From: Actinomycetales bacterium
GTDB taxonomy: Bacteria; Actinomycetota; Actinomycetes; Actinomycetales; Dermatophilaceae
Length of the DNA: 35,456 bases
Assembly: GCA_038212865.1 (NCBI GenBank)
Contig: JBBQUB010000001.1
Span: 1 to 35,456, forward strand
Reading direction: 5' to 3'
The translations under genes and the position numbers were made by a program. Shown here in pieces: positions 8,311 to 18,398 of the stretch. Numbering within the stretch: the first letter of the stretch is position 1; each line of letters begins with the position of its first letter. A model generated the notes under the pieces. That model saw only the letters and a list, made by a program, of their open reading frames with translations, did no database searches and had not been told where the DNA came from.

Positions 8311-10224
8311 GTGACGCAGACCCGAGGCCGAGGCCCGGGCCATTCCCGTCCCACCCGGGGTTCGGGTCCTGCCCGACCTCACCCCCCGCGGCCATCGCAG
8401 TCGGTCCGAGGCGGTCTTGCCCACCCTGCACGGCGGGTCCGGTTCCTCTTGTTGGCAGCCCTTTTCGTCTTCAGCCTGTTTGGAGCTCAGCTTCTCCGGT
8501 TGCAGGCACTTGACGCCTCGACGATGGCCAGCGCAGCGCTGAAGAGCCGTTTGAGCGTCGTCGCTGTGCCCGGACTCCGTGGCGATATCACCGACTCCGC
8601 CGGCGTCGTGCTTGCCACCAGCATCGAGCGCCGCGACGTCAATGCGAATCAGCTCGCCGTGCCTGCATACAAGAAGGATGGTCAGGTGGTCGGCGTCGCA
8701 GGGGCGGCAGCCGACCTCGCACCGCTCCTGGGAAAGTCCGTGGCCCAGCTCACCAAGACGCTGACCGGTTCGCGGCCCTTCGTGTATGTCGCGAAAGGCA
8801 TCACCCCGATGAGCTGGCGCAAGGTTCAGGCTCTCGGGATCCCCGGCATCCTGAGCGAGCCGACCTCGACGCGTTCCTACCCAGCGTCCTCGGCAGCTGC
8901 CTCTCTCGTCGGCTGGGTGGGTGCTGATGGGTCGGGTGGCGGCGGCCTCGAGCTGTTGTTGAACAAGGCGCTGGAGGGCAAGCCGGGGGAGTCGACCTAC
9001 GAGCAGTCCAGAAACGGCCGCATCATCCCCACCGGTGAGCAGCAGGTCACTCCAGCTGTTCCCGGCCGCGACGTTCGGCTGACGATCGACAACGACCTGC
9101 AGTGGTTCGCCCAGAACGCCATCGCCCAGAAGGTCACCCAGACCCAAGCGTTGTCGGGCGACGTCGTGGTCATCAGAGTCAAGACCGGTGAGCTCGCGGC
9201 CGTCGCGTCCTATCCGAGCTTCGACCCGAGCAACATCGCCAAGGCAAAGGGTAGCCTCAGCAACAAGGCGTTCGGCGAGGCCTTCGAACCGGGGTCGATA
9301 GCCAAGGTCATGACGGCGGCCGCAGCTCTCCAGGAGGGCGTCGCAACTCCGGCGACCCCGGTGGTCGTTCCCAACCGACTGCCCCGCGGAGGCCAGTCAT
9401 TCCGGGACTCCCATGAGCACGGCGTCGAGAAGCTCACCTTCGCCGGGGTGATCGCCCAGTCGAGCAACATCGGCACCATGTTGGTCGGTGAGAAGGTCCC
9501 CCCAGCCACTCTCGAAAAGTACTTCCGCAAGTTCGGTGTCGGCCAGAAGTCCGGCATCGAGTTCCCGGGTGAGACCGCCGGAATCTTCGCCAAGTCAAAG
9601 GACTGGAGCGGCTCCCAGCGATATACCGTCATGTACGGCCAAGGCTTGGCAGTCAACGCCATCCAGGCGGCCAGCGTCTTCCAGACGATTGCCAACGGGG
9701 GAGTCCGGATGCCTCCGACCCTGCTGGCCGGCACAGAGAACGCCAACGGCACGTTCGAACCCACCCCCCCCACCAAACCGGTGCGGGTCATCTCCGCGCC
9801 GGTTGCCTCGACGCTCAGCCAGATGCTCGAGTTCGTCGTCGGGGACGGCGGCACAGCCAAGCAGGCTGAGATCCCCGGCTACCGCGTCGCCGGCAAGACC
9901 GGCACTGCGGACCGCGTCGGCGACAATGGTCGCTACTCGGGTAAGACCGCCTCCTTCATCGGTTTCGCCCCGGCCGACAAGCCCGAGTTCGTCGTTGCCG
10001 TGATCCTGCAGAACCCGATCCGCGGCTACTTCGGCGGGGTGACCGCCGGGCCGGTGTTCAAGGACGTCATGACCTATGCGCTGCAGGAGTTCAAGATCCT
10101 TCCGACAGGCACCCGGCCGCCAGTGATGAAGCTCAAGGTGGACGACGCGCCGGCATCTGCGGACAAGGCCGAGGCAGCGCTCAAGGCCGAGTCGGGTCTC
10201 CAGGGCTCGACCCGCTCGCGGTAA
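8311..10224 (+). CDS. ftsI: Class B penicillin-binding protein / peptidoglycan D,D-transpeptidase FtsI
   Basis: SxxK (GSIAKV), SxN (QSSNIG) and KTG (AGKTGTA) motifs, with an N-terminal TM (FLLLAALFVFSLFGAQLL). The ORF is open from 8245, but the GTG at 8311 follows the ftsL stop by 4 nt and has AGGTGA as its SD, so 8311 is preferred. Confidence 0.92.
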   Translation: MTQTRGRGPGHSRPTRGSGPARPHPPRPSQSVRGGLAHPARRVRFLLLAALFVFSLFGAQLLRLQALDASTMASAALKSRLSVVAVPGLRGDITDSAGVVLATSIERRDVNANQLAVPAYKKDGQVVGVAGAAADLAPLLGKSVAQLTKTLTGSRPFVYVAKGITPMSWRKVQALGIPGILSEPTSTRSYPASSAAASLVGWVGADGSGGGGLELLLNKALEGKPGESTYEQSRNGRIIPTGEQQVTPAVPGRDVRLTIDNDLQWFAQNAIAQKVTQTQALSGDVVVIRVKTGELAAVASYPSFDPSNIAKAKGSLSNKAFGEAFEPGSIAKVMTAAAALQEGVATPATPVVVPNRLPRGGQSFRDSHEHGVEKLTFAGVIAQSSNIGTMLVGEKVPPATLEKYFRKFGVGQKSGIEFPGETAGIFAKSKDWSGSQRYTVMYGQGLAVNAIQAASVFQTIANGGVRMPPTLLAGTENANGTFEPTPPTKPVRVISAPVASTLSQMLEFVVGDGGTAKQAEIPGYRVAGKTGTADRVGDNGRYSGKTASFIGFAPADKPEFVVAVILQNPIRGYFGGVTAGPVFKDVMTYALQEFKILPTGTRPPVMKLKVDDAPASADKAEAALKAESGLQGSTRSR

Positions 10225-10246
10225 CGTGTTGCCCCGTGGTTAACCC

Positions 10247-11992
10247 GTGAACGCGACTCCGCGTCCGCAATCCCCTCGCGCCACCAGCCTCCTGTCCGTT
10301 GCTGAGTGTGCGGGGGTGCCGACGCCCCCTGACGCGACCAACACCGTCACCGATCCTCCCGTTGTCGTGACGGGCGTAACCCTGGACTCGCGCGCCATCC
10401 GGCCGGGGGATTTGTATGCCGCCCTCCCGGGGGCCCATGTGCACGGCGCAGACTTCGCCGGCGCCGCGATCAGTCTCGGGGCGGTGGCGGTGCTCACCGA
10501 CCCGACGGGAGCGGCTCTGCTCGAGCTGGCTGGGCTTTCCGTGCCCGTCCTCGTGGCTCCAGACCCTCGGGCCGTCCTCGGTCGCGTTGCCGCTCTGGTC
10601 TATGGCCGCGCGAACCAGAAGCTGACCATGCTGGGGATCACCGGCACCAACGGCAAGACGACCACGGCCTACCTGCTCGACTCGGCCCTGCGCACCCTGG
10701 GACGGGTGACCGGCCTGATCGGCACCGTCGAGACGCGCATCGGTGCGGACCGCATCAAGAGCGTCCGGACCACCCCCGAGTCTGTGGACCTGCACGCCTT
10801 GTTCGCCGTGATGCTCGAGCGGGGCGTGGACACCTGCACCATGGAGGTGTCCAGCCACGCCTTGACCCTGCACCGGGTCGATGAGGTGCGTTTTGACGTG
10901 GCCGCGTTCACCAACCTGTCCCAGGACCACCTCGACTTCCATGGGTCGATGGAGGACTACTACCTGGCCAAGGCATCGCTGTTCACCCCCGAACGAGCCG
11001 TGCGCGCAGTGATCTGTGTGGACGACGAATGGGGCCAGCGCCTTGCCCGTGAGGCAGGCGTGCCTGTTGTCTCCATCACGTCTCGCAGCGACGTCAGGTC
11101 CGACTGGCAGATCGAGACGGCCGGGCCGGGTGAGTCCGACTTCGCGCTGGTGGGTGAGGGCCAACGACTCTCGCTTCGCTCATCCCTGCCGGGGGACTTC
11201 AACCGGGTCAACACCGCGGTGGCTGCCTTGGTCCTGTTGTCCGCGGGCTACCTGGGTGACGTCATCGAGCGGGCTCTTGCGGTTGATCCCCAGGTGCCCG
11301 GCCGGATGGAGCGGGTGATGGGGGAGGACGTCCTCCCCGAATCCCTGGAAGGCAAGGGCCAGGGCAGTATGCCGCTCGCCGTGGTCGACTTCGCTCATAC
11401 GCCTGACGCCGTGGCCGCCGCACTGAACGCCCTGCGACAGCACACCTCTGGGGCACTCATCGTCGTCCTGGGTGCCGGGGGAGACCGGGATCCCGACAAG
11501 CGCGCGGCCATGGGCGCCGCAGCCGCCTCACATGCGGACGTCGTCTTTGTGACCGATGACAACCCGAGATCCGAGGACCCCGCCAAGATTCGGGCTGCGG
11601 TTCTGGCGGGAGCCATCTCCTTGGACTCGTCCGCCCCACCAGTGCCCGGGCGCGGGTGGGATGGGGGCCGCGTAGCCCATCAAGGGAGCCTGCGAGCAGG
11701 GCCAGCGGCCCGCATCCCTTCCGTGCCGAGAGTCCGCGAGATCGGCGACCGCGCCGCAGCCATTCGTGCGGCCGTCGCCCTGGCCGACGGGGGCGACACC
11801 GTGGCAGTCCTGGGCAAGGGGCATGAGAGCGGGCAGGATATCGGCGGCGTGATCCATCCCTTCGACGACCGAGCAGAGCTGAGAGCAGCGTTGGCAGAGC
11901 ACGATGCACGAGAGCACGATGCACGAGAGCAGGCTGCCGACCCCGCCCTCGGCCACCGGTCTGCCGACGTCTCTGGCGGCGAGGCACAGTGA
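10247..11992 (+). CDS. murE: UDP-N-acetylmuramoyl-L-alanyl-D-glutamate--2,6-diaminopimelate ligase MurE (DNPR-type)
   Basis: P-loop [23 protein letters not shown] (the DNPR motif associated with DAP-adding enzymes) and GKGHESGQ. The start is uncertain: GTG at 10247 has no clear SD, and an in-frame GTG lies ~70 nt downstream. Confidence 0.93.
   Translation: MNATPRPQSPRATSLLSVAECAGVPTPPDATNTVTDPPVVVTGVTLDSRAIRPGDLYAALPGAHVHGADFAGAAISLGAVAVLTDPTGAALLELAGLSVPVLVAPDPRAVLGRVAALVYGRANQKLTMLGITGTNGKTTTAYLLDSALRTLGRVTGLIGTVETRIGADRIKSVRTTPESVDLHALFAVMLERGVDTCTMEVSSHALTLHRVDEVRFDVAAFTNLSQDHLDFHGSMEDYYLAKASLFTPERAVRAVICVDDEWGQRLAREAGVPVVSITSRSDVRSDWQIETAGPGESDFALVGEGQRLSLRSSLPGDFNRVNTAVAALVLLSAGYLGDVIERALAVDPQVPGRMERVMGEDVLPESLEGKGQGSMPLAVVDFAHTPDAVAAALNALRQHTSGALIVVLGAGGDRDPDKRAAMGAAAASHADVVFVTDDNPRSEDPAKIRAAVLAGAISLDSSAPPVPGRGWDGGRVAHQGSLRAGPAARIPSVPRVREIGDRAAAIRAAVALADGGDTVAVLGKGHESGQDIGGVIHPFDDRAELRAALAEHDAREHDAREQAADPALGHRSADVSGGEAQ
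11897..11930. repeat. Perfect 15-bp tandem duplication (GAGCACGATGCACGA x2, plus 4 nt of a third copy) inside the murE 3' end
   Basis: Positions 11897-11911 and 11912-11926 are identical, encoding EHDAR-EHDAR in the MurE C-terminal extension. Confidence 0.95.
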
Positions 11993-13410
11993 TTGCCCTC
12001 AGGCTCAGTGAGATCGCCCGGATCACGGGAGGTCAGCGATACCAAGGCTTCCAGGCTGCGGGGACCGATCCACTGGTGGACGGCCCAGTTGTCACCGACT
12101 CACGCGAAGCCGCCGCCGGCAGCCTCTATGTCGCCCGGGTCGGCGCGGCCATGGACGGCCACCAGTACGTTGCGGCCGCCCGCGACCAAGGGGCTGTGGC
12201 CGCACTCACCTTGCGGCCGGTCACCGACCTGCCGTGCGTCGTGGTCGACGACGTTCAGGCGGCCTTCGTCTCACTGGCCCGCGCCCTGGTCGAGATCAAC
12301 ACCCACACCATCGTTATCGGTATCACCGGCTCCTCAGGCAAGACCAGTACCAAGGACCTGTTGGCGTCGGTCCTGGGGCGCCACGGAGAGACGGTTGCCA
12401 ACGTCGGCTCGCTGAACTCCGAGGTGGGCGTCCCGTTGACCGTCTGCCGGATCACGCCGACCACGGAATACCTCGTGCTCGAGATGGGATCCCGTGGGAC
12501 CGGTCACATCCGTTACCTCACCCGAATAGCGCCGCCCCGGATCGGGGTCGTCCTCAATGTCGGCACCGCTCACCTGGGCGAGTTCGGCACGCGTGAGGCC
12601 ATCGGCGTTGCCAAGGCTGAGCTCGTGCAGGCTTTGCCAGCAACGGGATTGGCCGTCCTGAACGCTGACGACCCAATCGTGTCGGGCATGGCGAGCCAGA
12701 CCCAGGCACGCGTCATACAGGTGGGGAGGTCGGCACAGGCATCGGTTCGGGCCATCGACATCTTGCTCGACCCGCAGGCCCGGGCGTCCTTTACCCTGCT
12801 CACCAGCGAGGGCAGCGCCCCGGTTGCCCTTGGCCTCCATGGCGAGCACCACGTTGACAACGCGCTTGCCGTCGCAGCCGTTGCCCTGGCCGTCGGTATG
12901 CCGCTGCCCGCCGTCGCAGCGGCGCTGGGGGACGCGCGGCCGGTGAGCCGATGGCGCATGGAGGTGCACCAGCGGGCCGACGGTGTCACGCTGGTCAACG
13001 ACGCCTACAACGCCAACCCGGACTCCATGCGTGCAGCGCTCGAGGCGCTGGCGACCATGGGCAAAGGGCACCGGACATGGGCGGTTCTGGGCGAGATGCG
13101 TGAGCTGGGGCCGCAGTCCATCACCGAGCACGACAACGTGGGCCGGCTCGCGGTGCGCCTGAACGTGTCGCGTCTGGTCGCCGTGGGTCAGGGAACGCAG
13201 CCGATCGACGCTGGCGCGCGACTCGGGGGAGCGTCGGGCGAGGAGTCGACCTGGGTCCCGGACATCGACGCTGCCTATGAGCTGCTCCAGAGCCAGCTTG
13301 CCCCTGGTGACGTGGTGCTGCTCAAGTCCAGCCACGACGCCGGCCTACGGTGGCTCGGGGATCGTCTCCTCGAGGACACAGATGACTCACTGTCGGGGGT
13401 CCTTTCGTGA
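11989..13410 (+). CDS. murF: UDP-N-acetylmuramoyl-tripeptide--D-alanyl-D-alanine ligase MurF
   Basis: [13 protein letters not shown]-loop and [15 protein letters not shown] start/stop overlap with murE at 11989-11992. Confidence 0.95.
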   Translation: MIALRLSEIARITGGQRYQGFQAAGTDPLVDGPVVTDSREAAAGSLYVARVGAAMDGHQYVAAARDQGAVAALTLRPVTDLPCVVVDDVQAAFVSLARALVEINTHTIVIGITGSSGKTSTKDLLASVLGRHGETVANVGSLNSEVGVPLTVCRITPTTEYLVLEMGSRGTGHIRYLTRIAPPRIGVVLNVGTAHLGEFGTREAIGVAKAELVQALPATGLAVLNADDPIVSGMASQTQARVIQVGRSAQASVRAIDILLDPQARASFTLLTSEGSAPVALGLHGEHHVDNALAVAAVALAVGMPLPAVAAALGDARPVSRWRMEVHQRADGVTLVNDAYNANPDSMRAALEALATMGKGHRTWAVLGEMRELGPQSITEHDNVGRLAVRLNVSRLVAVGQGTQPIDAGARLGGASGEESTWVPDIDAAYELLQSQLAPGDVVLLKSSHDAGLRWLGDRLLEDTDDSLSGVLS

Positions 13411-14489
13411 AGGCAGTGCTGCTGGCGGCGGCCGTTTCGCTCCTGGTGTCGTTGCTCGGCACACCGTTGTTCATCAAGTTCCTGGTCCGGCGTCGCTATG
13501 GCCAGTTCATCCGCGACGACGGACCGACGTCACACCACACCAAGCGTGGCACCCCCACGATGGGTGGCGCGGTCATCATCGGTGCCTCGCTACTGGCCTA
13601 CGGCGCCGCGCACGTGTTCACCCTGACGCCGGTCACCGTCAGCGGGATGCTCGTGTTGTTCCTCATGACCGGGCTGGGGATCGTGGGCTTTCTCGACGAC
13701 TACATCAAGATCTCCAAACAGCGCAGCCTCGGGTTGCGCACCAAGGAAAAGCTGGCCGGACAGACCCTCGTCGGGGTGATCTTCGCGGTCCTCTCCTTGC
13801 AGTTCCCCAACAGCCGGTTCCGCACTCCTGCGGTGCCTTTCGTGTCGTTCTTCCGTGACACGAACGTCAACTTCGCCTTCGCCGGCACTTTGCTGGGTCT
13901 GATCCTGTTCGTGATCTGGGCCAACCTGATGATCTCCGCCACCAGCAACGGCGTGAACCTCACCGACGGTCTGGACGGCCTGGCAACGGGCGCGGGTGTC
14001 ATGGTGTTCGCCTCCTACGTCCTGATCGCCATCTGGCAGTTCAACCAGAGCTGCCAGTTCAACCCGGGCGTCAAGTGCTACGAGGTCCGGGACCCCCATG
14101 ACCTTGCCGTGGTGGCTGCCGCGCTGATGGGCTCCTGCTTCGGCTTCCTGTGGTGGAACGCCTCACCGGCCCAGATCTTTATGGGCGACACCGGGTCGTT
14201 GGCTCTCGGCGGCGCCCTGGCGGGTCTGGCCATCACTACCCGCACCGAGCTGCTCGTGGTGATTCTTGGCGGCTTGTTCGTCATCATCACCTTGTCGGTG
14301 ATCATCCAGGTCGGCTCGTTCAAGATGACCGGCAAGCGTGTGTTCAGGATGGCACCGCTCCAGCATCACTTCGAGCTCGTCGGCTGGAACGAGGTCACCA
14401 TTGTCATCCGGTTCTGGATCGTGGCTGGGCTGTTCGTCGCCCTGGGACTGGGCTTCTTCTATGCAGAGTGGGTTGTCGGAGCAGCGTGA
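13407..14489 (+). CDS. mraY: Phospho-N-acetylmuramoyl-pentapeptide-transferase MraY
   Basis: Motifs [33 protein letters not shown] and APLQHHFEL, in a polytopic membrane protein. GTGA overlap with murF. Confidence 0.97.
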   Translation: MKAVLLAAAVSLLVSLLGTPLFIKFLVRRRYGQFIRDDGPTSHHTKRGTPTMGGAVIIGASLLAYGAAHVFTLTPVTVSGMLVLFLMTGLGIVGFLDDYIKISKQRSLGLRTKEKLAGQTLVGVIFAVLSLQFPNSRFRTPAVPFVSFFRDTNVNFAFAGTLLGLILFVIWANLMISATSNGVNLTDGLDGLATGAGVMVFASYVLIAIWQFNQSCQFNPGVKCYEVRDPHDLAVVAAALMGSCFGFLWWNASPAQIFMGDTGSLALGGALAGLAITTRTELLVVILGGLFVIITLSVIIQVGSFKMTGKRVFRMAPLQHHFELVGWNEVTIVIRFWIVAGLFVALGLGFFYAEWVVGAA

Positions 14490-15994
14490 GCACATTTGAT
14501 CCCAGCTACGAGCCCCGCCAGGGGTCCCGAGGTCTCACCCACTGCGACGCCGACTGGTCAGGGCTTCGCGTCGTGGTGGCGGGCCTCGGCATCAGCGGCT
14601 TCGCGGCTGCCGACGCGCTCTCCGAACGCGGTGCCATCGTGACCGCCGTCAGTGCCGACGCGACGCCCGTCATCATCGAGCGTGCCCGGATCCTGGAGAT
14701 CCTGGACGTCGACGTTCGCCTGGGCGCTGAGCACCTGGTCGACGTGCCCGAGGACACCGAGCTGGTCGTGACCTCGCCCGGTTTGCGTCCCGACCACCCC
14801 ATGCTGCTGGCGGCGGCCGCCCGCGGCATACCGGTCTGGGGCGAGGTTGAGCTCGCATGGCGCATGCGCGGGAAGTCGGGCGCGGCGCCCTGGATCACCA
14901 TCACCGGCACCAACGGCAAGACGACAACAGTCAAGATGCTGGCCTCGATCCTGCGAGCAGGGGGGCTGCGCGCGACCAGCGCAGGCAACGTGGGCACGCC
15001 GCTCCTGGAGGCGGTCCTGCACCCGGAGCCGTATGACGTGCTGGCCGTTGAGCTCTCGAGCTTCCAGCTGCACTGGCAGAGGTCGGTGGCGCCGGTGGCC
15101 TCGGTCTGCTTGAACCTTGCGCCTGACCACATCGACTGGCACGGGTCCCTCGAGGAGTATCGAGAGGCCAAGGCCAGGGTCTATACGGGCACCGAGATTG
15201 CGTGCGTCTACAACGTTCAGGACCCCGCGACGCAGCAGATGGTCGAGGATGCCGACGTCGTCGAAGGTTGTCGCGCGATCGGTTTCACCCTTGGCATCCC
15301 GGCGCTGTCCATGGTGGGAATGGTCGACGAGGTCCTGGCTGACCGTGCCTTCGTGGAACAGCGCCGGACCTCCGCGGCAGAGCTGGCCACGCTTGCAGAC
15401 CTGCGAGGGCACGCGACCTCGGTGGGACCGCACTACGTGGCAAATGCCCTGGCGGCTGCGGCACTGGCACGGGCCTATGGCGTAGGCCCAATCGCCGTGC
15501 GTGATGGGCTGCGCGCGTTCGTCCCCGATCCGCACCGGATCCAGGACGTGGCAACTGTTGCGGGTGTGCGCTTCGTCGACGACTCCAAGGCCACCAATGC
15601 CCACGCCGCGTCCGCCTCGCTGGTGGCCTTCGAGCACGTCGTGTGGGTCGCGGGCGGCCTGCTCAAGGGCGCTGACGTCGACGCCTTGGTCCAGTCGGTT
15701 GCCGATCGGCTGCGCGGCGTCGTCCTGATCGGGGCCGACCGCGCGCAGATTGCCCGGGCGCTGGCGCGACACGCACCTGATGTCCCCGTGGTCGACGTGC
15801 CCAGCACCGACACTGGAGTCATGGATCTCGTGGTGGCTAGCGCCGGTGACCTGGCTCAGCCCGGTGACGTGGTCCTGCTGGCGCCCGCTGCGGCGTCGAT
15901 GGACATGTTCGCCAACTATGGCGCGCGTGGCGATGCCTTCGCCGAGGCGGTGCACCGCTACGCCAGCCGAGACGAAGGGCCCTCGGCATCGTGA
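14486..15994 (+). CDS. murD: UDP-N-acetylmuramoylalanine--D-glutamate ligase MurD
   Basis: Motifs [24 protein letters not shown] and DDSKATN. The ORF is open from 14150 inside mraY, but the GTG at 14486 forms a GTGA overlap with the mraY stop. Confidence 0.94.
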   Translation: MSTFDPSYEPRQGSRGLTHCDADWSGLRVVVAGLGISGFAAADALSERGAIVTAVSADATPVIIERARILEILDVDVRLGAEHLVDVPEDTELVVTSPGLRPDHPMLLAAAARGIPVWGEVELAWRMRGKSGAAPWITITGTNGKTTTVKMLASILRAGGLRATSAGNVGTPLLEAVLHPEPYDVLAVELSSFQLHWQRSVAPVASVCLNLAPDHIDWHGSLEEYREAKARVYTGTEIACVYNVQDPATQQMVEDADVVEGCRAIGFTLGIPALSMVGMVDEVLADRAFVEQRRTSAAELATLADLRGHATSVGPHYVANALAAAALARAYGVGPIAVRDGLRAFVPDPHRIQDVATVAGVRFVDDSKATNAHAASASLVAFEHVVWVAGGLLKGADVDALVQSVADRLRGVVLIGADRAQIARALARHAPDVPVVDVPSTDTGVMDLVVASAGDLAQPGDVVLLAPAAASMDMFANYGARGDAFAEAVHRYASRDEGPSAS

Positions 15995-17289
15995 CGACCA
16001 CGTCCAGGAGACCCACGTCCTCCGCGTCAGCCCGACGTCGGGACTCCACGGCGGCACGCGCTGACGCTTCCAGGCGTGGCGGCGAAATGCCGCGGTGGCA
16101 GCATCTTGAGACCCCGGTCACGACCTACTATCTGTTGCTCGGTGCCACCGCGATGTTGGTCGTCATCGGCCTGGTCATGGTGCTCTCCGCCTCCAGCGTG
16201 ACGTCGTACAGTCTCAACAAGTCGTCCTACACGGTGTTCCTCAGCCAGCTGCAGGCCGCGGTTGTCGGCGTCATTGGCGCCTTCGTGGCCACTCGCCTGC
16301 GGCTTAAAACCTGGAAGCGAATCTCCGTTCCGTTGCTGGCCGTGGCGATCTTCATGCAGGCGCTGGTCTTCGTTCCCGGGCTTGGCGTCTCGGTCAACGG
16401 CAACCGCAACTGGATCCAGGTCGCCGGCCAGCAGGTTCAGCCCTCCGAGTTCGCCAAGATCGCCCTGGTCCTGTTCGGTGCCACGGTGCTGACCAAGAAG
16501 CGTCGCAAGCTGGGCGAGTTCATGCACGCGATGGTCCCCCTGGTCTTTCCGGCCGGAGCCCTGCTGCTGCTGCTCGTCCTCGGGGGCAAGGACCTGGGCA
16601 CGGGTCTCGTACTCCTGGCCATCCTCGGCGCGCTGCTCTTCGCCGCCGGCGTCCCGGCCCGGATGTTTCTCGTGGCCGGTGGCGCCTCAGCAGCCCTGGC
16701 AGCGGTCATGGTCGTGACCAGCGCCAACCGCATGGGCCGGATCCATGACTGGTTAGCTGGCGGCTGCGCCGACCCGAATGGTTCGTGCTGGCAGACAACC
16801 CACGGTCAGTACGCACTCGCCGACGGCGGATGGTGGGGGGTGGGGCTGGGGGCCAGCCGGGAGAAGTGGCAATGGCTGCCCGCGGCCCACAACGACTTCA
16901 TCTTCGCCATTATCGGCGAGGAGCTCGGACTCCCCGGAACACTGGTGATCATCGCCCTGTTCGCCGTGATCGGGTTCGCGTGCTATCGGCTCGTCTGCGG
17001 GACGCAAGACTTCTTCATCCGGGTGGCCACGGCCGGTGTCATGGTCTGGATCCTGGCACAGGCAATGATCAACATCGGAGCGGTGATCGGTCTGCTGCCA
17101 GTGATCGGTGTTCCGTTACCGCTGGTCTCAAGTGGTGGATCCGCCTTGGTGACAACGCTTATCGGCCTGGGGATGTTGATGTCCTTCGCCCGCAACGAGC
17201 CGGGTTGCCGAGAGGCTCTCGCTGCCCGTCCGGGCGTGGTTCGCCGTTCTCTCGCCATCATGCCGATTCGTCGCGGTCGCAGGCCATGA
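15991..17289 (+). CDS. ftsW: SEDS-family peptidoglycan glycosyltransferase FtsW
   Basis: Motifs QPSEFAKIALVLF, HNDFIFAIIGEELG and PLPLVSSGGSALV. About 10 TM segments, an Arg/Ser-rich N-terminal tail, dcw position, and GTGA overlap with murD. Confidence 0.94.
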   Translation: MTTTSRRPTSSASARRRDSTAARADASRRGGEMPRWQHLETPVTTYYLLLGATAMLVVIGLVMVLSASSVTSYSLNKSSYTVFLSQLQAAVVGVIGAFVATRLRLKTWKRISVPLLAVAIFMQALVFVPGLGVSVNGNRNWIQVAGQQVQPSEFAKIALVLFGATVLTKKRRKLGEFMHAMVPLVFPAGALLLLLVLGGKDLGTGLVLLAILGALLFAAGVPARMFLVAGGASAALAAVMVVTSANRMGRIHDWLAGGCADPNGSCWQTTHGQYALADGGWWGVGLGASREKWQWLPAAHNDFIFAIIGEELGLPGTLVIIALFAVIGFACYRLVCGTQDFFIRVATAGVMVWILAQAMINIGAVIGLLPVIGVPLPLVSSGGSALVTTLIGLGMLMSFARNEPGCREALAARPGVVRRSLAIMPIRRGRRP

Positions 17290-18398
17290 GTGCACTCCCC
17301 GGGCTGGCTTCGGTGCTCCTGGCTGGAGGCGGCTCGGCCGGTCACGTTTCGCCCCTGTTGGCACTTGCGGACTGCCTGCGCCGCCGGGATCCCGATATCC
17401 GCGTCACGGCGCTGGGTACGGTGGAGGGACTGGAGCAGCGGCTGGTGCCGGCTCGCGGATACGACCTGCGGACCATCCCCAAGGTGGCCTTCCCGCGTCG
17501 GCCCGGGGCCGCGCTGGTTCACCTGCCCAGCGCGCTCACGGCGGCCGTTCATGCCGCCGGTGCAGTCATCGACGAGACCAGGCCGGAGGTTGTCGTGGGT
17601 TTCGGAGGTTACGTCTCGACGCCGGCTTATCTGGCTGCCCGGCGACGCAAGATTCCCATCGTTGTCCACGAACAGAACGCCCGCCCTGGCATGGCCAACC
17701 GTCTCGGCGCGCGCATGACGCGTTTCGTAGCAACGACATTCGCCTCCACTGCCCTGCCGCATTCCACCCTCATCGGTATGCCGTTGCGCCGCGAGATCGC
17801 GCTTCTGGACCGGGCATCCAACCGGGCGGAGGGGTTGGCCCACTTCCGACTCGAAGATCACCGACCGACGTTGCTGGTCACCGGAGGATCCTTGGGGGCG
17901 CAGCAGCTGAACACAACGTTTGCGGCACGCGTCGACGAACTGCGTGCACACGGCATACAGGTGCTGCACATCAGCGGTCTTGGCAAGGAGTTCGTGCCCG
18001 CGACGACCATGGCCGGGCCGCCCTATGTTGTTGCCGCTTATGCCGATCGGATGGACCTGGCCTACGCCGTGGCCGACCTCGTGGTCGCCCGTGCAGGCGC
18101 CAACACTGTCTGCGAGCTGACTGCGGTCGGGCTGCCTGCGGTCTATGTCCCGTTGCCGATCGGAAACGGCGAGCAGCGGCTGAACGCGGGCGATGTCGTT
18201 GCGGCCGGGGGAGGCCTCCTGGTCGACGACTCAGCCTTGTCGGTCGAGTGGATCGACGAGATCCTGCTGCCGCTGGCTACCGATGAGCCCCGGATCAGCA
18301 TGATGGCGGCCGCAGCGGGAACCATCGGAGTCCGCTCGGCCGACGAACGACTGGCTGATCTGGTTGCCCTTGCTGCGGGCTCGCGGGGGGTTCGGTGA
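17286..18398 (+). CDS. murG: UDP-N-acetylglucosamine--N-acetylmuramyl-(pentapeptide) pyrophosphoryl-undecaprenol GlcNAc transferase MurG
   Basis: Motifs GGSAGHVSPLLALAD, TGGSLGAQQLN and RAGANTVCELTAVGLPAVYVPLPIGNGEQRLNA. The ORF is open from 16785 inside ftsW, but the ATG at 17286 forms an ATGA overlap with the ftsW stop. Confidence 0.95.
   Translation: MSALPGLASVLLAGGGSAGHVSPLLALADCLRRRDPDIRVTALGTVEGLEQRLVPARGYDLRTIPKVAFPRRPGAALVHLPSALTAAVHAAGAVIDETRPEVVVGFGGYVSTPAYLAARRRKIPIVVHEQNARPGMANRLGARMTRFVATTFASTALPHSTLIGMPLRREIALLDRASNRAEGLAHFRLEDHRPTLLVTGGSLGAQQLNTTFAARVDELRAHGIQVLHISGLGKEFVPATTMAGPPYVVAAYADRMDLAYAVADLVVARAGANTVCELTAVGLPAVYVPLPIGNGEQRLNAGDVVAAGGGLLVDDSALSVEWIDEILLPLATDEPRISMMAAAAGTIGVRSADERLADLVALAAGSRGVR

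Noticed and set aside
14558-16057. Very long antisense or alternative-frame ORFs. Examples are 14558-16057 (499 aa, opposite murD), 29755-31524 (589 aa, opposite dnaE), 33728-35140 (470 aa, opposite ptrB), 12334-13335, 10181-11164, 16983-17969 and 2332-3519.
   Set aside because: They lie entirely inside well-supported conserved genes. They translate to Arg/Gly/Pro/Asp-rich low-complexity sequence with no recognisable motifs. This is the expected stop-codon depletion of high-GC DNA, so I find no evidence for overlapping genes.
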